NCBI RefSeq assembly: GCF_009914755.1 | Contig: NC_060948.1 | Source of the DNA: the human T2T-CHM13v2.0 reference genome, Homo sapiens | Direction: 5' to 3' (one strand) | DNA length: 64,000 nt | In this document: piece after piece, positions 55,801 through 64,000 of the stretch | Layout of the letters: every line of letters begins with the position of its first letter | How positions within the stretch are numbered: position 1 is the stretch's first letter | Made by a program: the position numbers and the translations under genes | Notes under the pieces: generated by a model | Told to the model about the DNA's origin: nothing | Database searches by the model: none | Seen by the model: the letters and a program-made list of their open reading frames with translations, nothing else

Positions 55801-58800
55801 AATCAAACGGAATGGAATGCAATGCAATCAAATGGCATGGAATAAAATGGAATGAAAGGGAATCAAATGGAATTGAATCGAATGGAATCGAATGGATTGG
55901 AAAGGAATAGAATGGAATGGAATGGAATTGACTCAAATGGAATGGACTAGAATGGAATGGATTCGAATGGAAGGCAAAGGAATGGAATCTATTGGAATGG
56001 ACTGTAATGGAATGGAATGGAAGGGATTGGAATGGACTCGAATGGAATGGACTGCAATAGAAAGGATTCGAATGGAATGAAAAAGAATTGAATGGAATAG
56101 AACAGAATGGAATCAAATCGAATGAAATGGAATGGAATAGAAAGGAATGGAATGAAATGGAATGGAAAGGATTCGAATGGAATGCAATCGAATGGAATGG
56201 AATCGAACGGAATGGAATAAAATGGAAGAAAACTGGCAAGAAATGGAATCGAAATGAATGGAGTGTTATGGAACGGACTCAAAAGGAATTGAATGTAATA
56301 GAATGGAGTGGAGTGGACTCGAATATAATGGACTGGAATGGAATGAAATCACATGGAATGGGAACGAATGGAATGGAATGGAAAGGAATGGAATCGAATG
56401 GAAAGGAATCGAATGGAAGGGAATGAAATTGAATCAACAGGAATGGAAGGAAGTAGAATAGACGGTAATGGAATGGACTCGAATAGAATGGACACGAATG
56501 CTCAAATTGAATGGACTCGAATGGAATGGAAACGAAAGGAATGTCATCGAATGGAATTGAATCGATTGGAATGAAATCGCATAGAATGGAGTGGAATCAA
56601 ATGGAATTGAATCGAAAGGAAAGGAAGCGAATGGTCTGAAATGAAATGGAATGGAATTGAATGGAAAGTAATGCAAGGGAATAGAATGGAACGAAATTTC
56701 ACGGAATGGAATCAAACTGAATGGAATCAAATCAATGGAATATAATCAAATGGCATGGAAAGGAATTGAATGGAGTAGATTGGATTGGATGGGATTGGAA
56801 TGAAATGTACTGGAAAGGACTCGAATTTCATGAAATGGAATGGAATGAACTGGAACGGAATGGACTCGAATGGATTGGAATGTCATGGAATGGCATCAAA
56901 TGGAATGGCATCAAATGGAATGGAATCGAATGCAATGGAATGCTATGGAATGGAATGGACTGCATTGGAATGGAATGTCCCCTAATGGAATGGATTCGAG
57001 TGGAATGGAATCGAATATAATGGAGTCGAATGAAATGGAATTGAAAGGAAAGGGATCGAATACAATGGAATATACTGGAATGTAATGTAATGAACTCGAA
57101 TGTAATTGACTAGAATGGAATGTACATGAATGGAATATAATCGAATGGAAAATAATCTCATGGAATAGAATCTAATGCAATAAAATCGACTCAAATAGAA
57201 TAGAATGGAATGGAATGGAGTGCAGTGCAATGGAATGGAATGGAATGGAATGCAATGGAATGGAATGGAATGGGATGGAATGGTATGGGATGGATAGAAA
57301 TGGACTGGAGTGAAATGGACTGAAAAGTAATGGACTCAAATTGAAAGAGCTCGAAAGAATGGAGTCAAATGGAATGGTCTGGAATGGAATGAACACGAAT
57401 GTAATGCAATCCAATAGAATGGAATCGAATGGCATGGAATATAAAGAAATGGAATCGAAGAGAATGGAAACGAATGGAATGGAATTGAATGGAATGGAAT
57501 TGAATGGAATGGGAACGAATGGAGTGAAATTGTATGCAGTAGAAGAGAATAGAATGGAATGCAAGCGAAATTAAAGGAATGGATTGGAATGGAATGGAAT
57601 TCATTGGAATGGAAGGGAATGTATTGCAATGGACAGGCCTTTAATAAAGTGGAATGCTACGGTCTCGAATGGAATAAAAATGTATGGAATGGAATTCAAT
57701 GAAACGGAATCGAATGTCATAGAATGTAATGGAATGCAAAAAAATGGAATCCAAAATCATTGACTGGAAAGGCTGGGTGTCGAAAGGAATTGACTCCAAT
57801 GGAATGAAATCGAATGGAATGGAAGTGAATAGAATCGAAGTAAATCGAATGGAATGGAATTGTTAGGAACGGAATGGAAAGGAGTGCAATGATTTGGCAT
57901 GGAACGGAATCGAATGGCATTGAATGGAGTGGAATGGAATGCAATGGAATGGAATGTATTAGAATGTAATGAACATTAATGGAATGTACTCGAATGGATT
58001 CGACTGGAATGGAATGTTCTGGAAGTGAATGGACTCCAATGGAATGGATTCGAAAGGAATGGAATCTAATGGAATGGAATTAAATGGAAACGAATCAAAT
58101 TGAATAGCACGGAATTGAATTGAATGGAATCGAATGCAATGGAATCTAATGAAATGGAAATGAAAGGAATGGAATGGATTGGAATGGGCTGGAGTTGAAT
58201 GGAATCGATACGAATGGAATGGAATAGAACTGAAGAGACTGGAATGGAATTCACTGGAATGGAAGGGAGTGTAATGGAAGGATCTCGAAAAAAACGGAAT
58301 CGAATGGAATGGAATTGAATGGAACGGAATAGAGTCGAATGGAATTCAATGGAATTGAATGGACTAGAGTGAAATGGAATCGAACCACAAGGAATGGAGA
58401 GGAATAGAATGGTCTCGAATTGAATGGAATCGTATGGAATGACATCAAACGGAATGGAATGGACAGCCACGGAATGGAATGCACTCGAATGCAATGGAGT
58501 CGAAACTAATGGACTGGAATAGAATGGACTCGACTGGTACGGACTCCAATGGAATGGAATCGAAAGGAAGGGAATCGAACGGAATGGACTCGAAGGGAAA
58601 AGACTGCAATGGAAAGGTCTCGAATGGAATGGAAATTAATGGAATGGAATGGAATCGAATGAAATGGAGTCAAAAGGAATGGAATCGAATGGCAAGAAAT
58701 CGAATGTAATGGAATCGCAAGGAATTGATGTGAACGGAACGGAATGGAATGGAATCCAAAGGAATGGAATAGAATGGAATGGAATCGAATGGAAAGGACT

Positions 58801-60870
58801 CGAATGGAAATCACTCGAATAGAATGCAATTTAATAAAATAGGATCAAATGTAATGGAATGGAAAGGAATCGAAACGAAAGGAATGGAGACAGATGGAAT
58901 GGAATGGAACAGAGAGCAATGGTATAGAATGGAATGGAATCATCTGGAATGGAATTGAATGGAATGGAATAACATGAAATGGAATGGAATGGAATGGAAT
59001 GCCCTTGAATTAAATGGACTGGAATGGAATGGACTCGAACAGAGTGTAATGGAAAGTGTTGAAATAGAATGGAATGGACTCCTTTGGAATGGTCTAGTAT
59101 GCAATGCAATCGACTGGCAGGGAATCAAAAGGAATGTAATGGAATGGATTGGACTGGAATGCAATGGACTCGAATAGATTGGAAACGGAATGCAAAGGAA
59201 TGGAATGGAATAGTATGGAATGGAATGGAAAGGAATGGAGTGGAATAGACTAGAGTGGAATGGAATGGACTGGAAAGCAATGGACTGGAATGGAACTTTC
59301 TTGAATGGACTGGAATCAAACGGAATGGAATGCAATGCAATCAAATGGCATGGAATAAAATGGAATGAAAGGGAATCAAATGGAATTGAATCGAATGGAA
59401 TCGAATGGATTGGAAAGGAATAGAATGGAATGGAATGGAATTGACTCAAATGGAATGGACTAGAATGGAATGGATTCGAATGGAAGGCAAAGGAATGGAA
59501 TCTATTGGAATGGACTGTAATGGAATGGAATGGAAGGGATTGGAATGGACTCGAATGGAATGGACTGCAATAGAAAGGATTCGAATGGAATGAAAAAGAA
59601 TTGAATGGAATAGAACAGAATGGAATCAAATCGAATGAAATGGAATGGAATAGAAAGGAATGGAATGAAATGGAATGGAAAGGATTCGAATGGAATGCAA
59701 TCGAATGGAATGGAATCGAACGGAATGGAATAAAATGGAAGAAAACTGGCAACAAATGGAATCGAAATGAATGGAGTGTTATGGAACGGACTCAAAAGGA
59801 ATTGAATGTAATAGAATGGAGTGGAGTGGACTCGAATATAATGGACTGGAATGGAATGAAATCACATGGAATGGGAACGAATGGAATGGAATGGAAAGGA
59901 ATGGAATCGAATGGAAAGGAATCGAATGGAAGGGAATGAAATTGAATCAACAGGAATGGAAGGGAATAGAATAGACGGTAATGGAATGGACTCGAATAGA
60001 ATGGACACGAATGCTCAAATTGAATGGACTCGAATGGAATGGAAACGAAAGGAATGTCATCGAATGGAATTGAATCGATTGGAATGAAATCGCATAGAAT
60101 GGAGTGGAATCAAATGGAATTGAATCGAAAGGAAAGGAAGCGAATGGACTGAAATGAAATGGAATGGAATTGAATGGAAAGTAATGCAATGGAATAGAAT
60201 GGAACGAAATTTCACGGAATGGAATGAAACTGAATGGAATCAAATCAATGGAATCTAATCAAGTGGAATGGAAAGGAATTGAATGGAGTAGATTGGATTG
60301 GATGGGATTGGAATGAAATGTACTGGAAAGGACTCGAGTTTCATGAAACGGAATGGAATGAATTGGAACGGAACGGACTCGAATGGAATGGAATGTCATG
60401 GAATGGCATCAAATGGAATGGCATCAAATGGAATGGAATCGAATGCAATGGAATGCTATGGAATGGAATGGAATGCATTGGAATGGAATGTCCTCTAATG
60501 GAATGGATTCGAGTGGAATGGAATCGAATATAATGGAGTCGAATTAAATGGAATTGAAAGGAATGGGATCGAATACAATGGAATATACTGGAATGTAATG
60601 TAATGAACTCGAATGTAATTGACTGGAATGGAATGTACATGAATGGAATGTAATCGAATGGAAAGTAATCCAATGGAATAGAATCTAATGCAATAAAATC
60701 GACTCAGATAGAGTAGAATGTAATGGAATTGAGTGCAGTGCAATGGAATGGAATGGAATGGAATGCAATGGAATGGAATGGAATGGAAAGGAATGGAATG
60801 GAATGGGATGGAATGGTATGGAATGGATAGTAATGGACTGGAGTGAAATGGACTGGAAATGAATGGACTC
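49572..60870 (+). repeat. Copy 2 of the 49,571-bp-offset duplication (units 15-17 and the 5' part of 18)
   Basis: It carries the same private variants as 1-11300, e.g. AAAAGTACT, ATACCATGT, GCCTCC, GGCCTTTAAT, GACTGCATT, CTCGAGTTTC and AATTGAGTGC. Confidence 0.9.
52870..59900 (+). repeat. Subfamily B block, second occurrence (units 16-17; 3518 and 3513 bp)
   Basis: Same diagnostic variants as 3300-10340, with one pentamer deleted near 58855. Confidence 0.88.
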
Positions 60871-63800
60871 AAATTGAAAGGGCTCGAAAGGAATGGAGTC
60901 AAAAGGAATGGTCTGGAATGGAATGAACACGAATGTAATGCAATCCAATAGAATGGAATCGAATGGCATGGAATATAAAGAAATGGAATCGAAGAGAATG
61001 GAAACAAATGGAATGGAATTGAATGGAATGGAATTGAATGGAATGGGAACGAATGGAGTGAAATTGTATGCAGTAGAAGAGAATAGAATGGAATGCAAGC
61101 GAAAGGAAAGGAATGGATTGGAATGGAATGGAATTCATTGGAATGGAAGGGAATGTAGTGTAATGGACAGGCCTGGAATAAAGTGGAATGCTACGGTCTC
61201 AAATGGAATAAAAATGTATGGAATGGAATGCAATGAAACGGAATCGAATGTCATAGAATGTAATGGAATGCAAAAAAATGGAATCCAAAATCATTGACTG
61301 GAAAGGCTGGGTGTCGAAAGGAATTGACTCCAATGGAATGGAATCGAATGGAATGGAAGTGAATAGAATGGAACTAAATCGAATGGAATCGAATTGATAG
61401 GAACGGAATGGAAAGGAATGCAATGATTTGGCATGGAATGGAATCGAATGGCATCGAATGGAATGGAATGGAATGCAATGGAATGGAATGTATTAGAATG
61501 TAATGAACTTTAATGGAATGTACTCGAATGGATTCGACTGGAATGGAATGTTCTGGAAGTGAATGGACTCCAATGGAATGGATTCAAAAGGAATGGAGTC
61601 GTACGGAATGGAATCTAATGGAATGGAATTAAATGGAAATGAATCAAATTGAATAGAACGGAATTGAATTGAATGGAATCGAATGCAATGGAATCTAATG
61701 AAACGGAAAGGAAAGGAATGGAATGGAATGGAATGGGCTGGAATGGAAAGGAATCGAAACGAATGGAATGGAATCGAACTGAAGAGACTTGAATGGAATG
61801 CACTGGAATGGAAGGGAGTGTAATGGAAGGTTCTCGAAAAAAATGGAATCGAATGGAATGGAATTGAGTGGAACGGAATAGAGTCGAATGGAATTGAATG
61901 GAATGGAATGGACTAGAGTGAAATGGAATCGAACCACAAGGAATGGACAGGAATAGAATGGTCTCGAATTGAATGGAATCGTATGGAATGGCATCAAACG
62001 GAATGGAATGGACAGCCACGGAATGGAATGCACTCGAATGCAATGGAGTCGAAACTAATGGACTGGAATAGAATGGACTCGACTGGTACGGACTCCAATG
62101 GAATGGAATCGAATGGAAGGGAATCGAACGGAATGGACTCGAAGGGAAAAGACTGCAATGGAAAGGTCTCGAATGGAATGGAAATTAATGGAATGGAACG
62201 GAATCGAATGAAATGGAGTCAAAGGAATGGAATCGAATGGCAAGAAATCGAATGCAATGGAATCGCAAGGAATTGATGTGAACGGAACGGAATGGAATGG
62301 AATCCAAAGGAATGGAATAGAATGGAATGGAATCGAATGGAAAGGACTCGAATGGAAATCACTCGAACAGAATGCAATTTAATAAAATAGGATCAAATGT
62401 AATGGAATGGAATGGAAAGGAATCGAAACGAAAGGAATGGAGACAGATGGAATGGAATGGAACAGAGAGGAATGGTATAGAATGGAATGGAATCATCTGG
62501 AATGGAATTGAATGGAATGGAATAATATGAAATGGAATGGAATGGAATGGAATGCCCTTGAATTAAATGGACTGGAATGGAATGGACTCAAACAGAGTGG
62601 AATGGAAAGTGTGGATATAGAATGGAATGAACTCCTTTGGAATGGTCTAGTAGACAATGCAATCGACTGGCAGGGAATCAAAAGGAATGTAATCGAATGG
62701 ATTGGACTGGAATGCAATGGACTCGAATAGATTGGAAACGGAATGCAAAGGAATGGAATGGAATAGTATGGAATGTTATGGAAAGGAATGGAGTGGAATA
62801 GACTAGAGTGGAATGGAATGGACTGGAAAGCAATGGACTGGAATGGAACATTCTTGAATGGACTGGAATCAAACGGAATGGAATGCAATGCAATCAAATG
62901 GCATGGAATAAAATAGAATGAAAGAGAATCAAATGGAATTGAATCGAATGGAATCGAATGGATTGGAAAGGAATAGAATGGAATGGAATGGAATTGACTC
63001 AAATGGAATGGACTAGAATGGAATGGATTCGAATGGAAGGCAAAGGAATGGAATCTATTGGAATGGACTGTAATGGAATGGAATGGAAGGGATTGGAATG
63101 GACTCGAATGGAATGGACTGCAATAGAAAGGATTCGAATGGAATGAAAAAGAATTGAATGGAATAGAACAGAATGGAATCAAATCGAATGAAATGGAATG
63201 GAATAGAAAGGAATGGAATGAAATGGAATGGAAAGGATTCGAATGGAATGCAATCGAATGGAATGGAATCGAACGGAATGGAATAAAATGGAAGAAAACT
63301 GGCAAGAAATGGAATCGAAATGAATGGAGTGTGGAACGGACTCAAAAGGAATTGAATGTAATAGAATGGAGTGGAGTGGACTCGAATATAATGGACTGGA
63401 ATGGAATGAAATCACATGGAATGGGAACGAATGGAATGGAATGGAAAGGAATGGAATCGAATGGAAAGGAATCGGATGGAAGGGAATGCAATTGAATCAA
63501 CAGGAATGGAAGGGAATAGAATAGACGGTAATGGAATGGACTCGAATAGAATGGACACGAATGCTCAAATTGAATGGACTCGAATGGAATGGAAACGAAA
63601 GGAATGTCATCGAATGGAATTGAATCGATTGGAATGAAATCGCATAGAATGGAGTGGAATCAAATGGAATTGAATCGAAAGGAAAGGAAGCGAATGGACT
63701 TAAATGAAATGGAATGGAATTGAATGGAAAGTAATGCAATGGAATAGAATGGAACGAAATTTCACGGAATGGAATCAAACTGAATGGAATCAAATCAATG

Positions 63801-64000
63801 GAATCTAATCAAGTGGAATGGAAAGGAATTGAATGGAGTAGATTGGATTGGATGGGATTGGAATGAAATGTACTGGAAAGGACTCGAATTTCATGAAACG
63901 GAATGGAATGAATTGGAACGGAATGGACTCGAATGGAATGGAATGTCATGGAATGGCATCAAATGGAATGGCATCAAATGGAATGGAATCGAATGCAATG

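Larger units (their letters stand above)
1..64000 (+). repeat. DYZ1: Human satellite 3 (GGAAT)n tandem array, DYZ1/HSat3A6 of Yq12; about 18 units of 3513-3559 bp
   Basis: Degenerate GGAAT/CGAAT/TGAAT/GGACT pentamers run throughout. The anchor 'ATGGAATCAAATCAATGG' recurs at 88, 3632, 7150, 10668, 14227, 17751, 21310, 24843, 28391, 31939, 35487, 39025, 42567, 46106, 49659, 53203, 56721, 60234 and 63784 (units 1-18 plus the start of 19). There is one GGCC per unit. The reverse complement of 975-1015 (CCTGTCCATTACACTACATTCCCTTCCATTCCAATGAATTC) matches the start of the 3.56 kb DYZ1 consensus as I recall it. Confidence 0.97.

Noticed and set aside
88-63793. Hundreds of ORFs (MEWNG-rich on +, FHSIP-rich on -), up to 313 aa
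   Set aside because: These are the direct translation of (GGAAT)3 and (ATTCC)3, which lack stop codons. They overlap in all frames, have no domains, and change length with satellite indels.
1-64000. CRISPR-like repeat/spacer array or other prokaryotic system
   Set aside because: There are no unique spacers and no cas or other genes; the intervening sequence is itself repeated with ~3.5 kb periodicity.
1-64000. Inversion, DYZ2 (HSat1B/AluY) block or transposon insertion
   Set aside because: GGAAT polarity is constant, and unit spacing never departs from 3513-3559 bp, leaving no room for an insert.
1-64000. HSat2 or an autosomal HSat3 array (e.g. chr9)
   Set aside because: It lacks the CATTCGATTC/ATCATC-type 23-26-bp HSat2 pattern. 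The 3.5 kb period with one HaeIII site fits DYZ1.
1-64000. G-quadruplex or telomere-like tracts
   Set aside because: G runs are almost all GG with sparse GGG, and there are no TTAGGG arrays.

Overview
The whole 64 kb is one uninterrupted human satellite 3 array: degenerate (GGAAT)n, with the G-rich strand on +. It is organised as about 18 head-to-tail units of ~3.5 kb. The single HaeIII site per unit and the landmark sequences identify it as DYZ1 (HSat3A6, human Yq12 heterochromatin), read here as the reverse complement of the usual CCATT-strand consensus. I found no credible genes, RNA genes, mobile elements, DYZ2/Alu segments or inversions. All ORFs are translation artefacts of the pentamer, and I see no new protein-coding system. 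The information lies in the variant pattern. Four unit subfamilies sit in ordered blocks, with nested duplications at 3,518 bp (1 unit), 7,096 bp (2 units) and 49,571 bp (14 units). There are also chimeric junction units, clustered tandem-base substitutions, and three perfect heat-shock-element motifs per unit, some lost in specific subfamilies. All variant comparisons were made by eye and need alignment to confirm.
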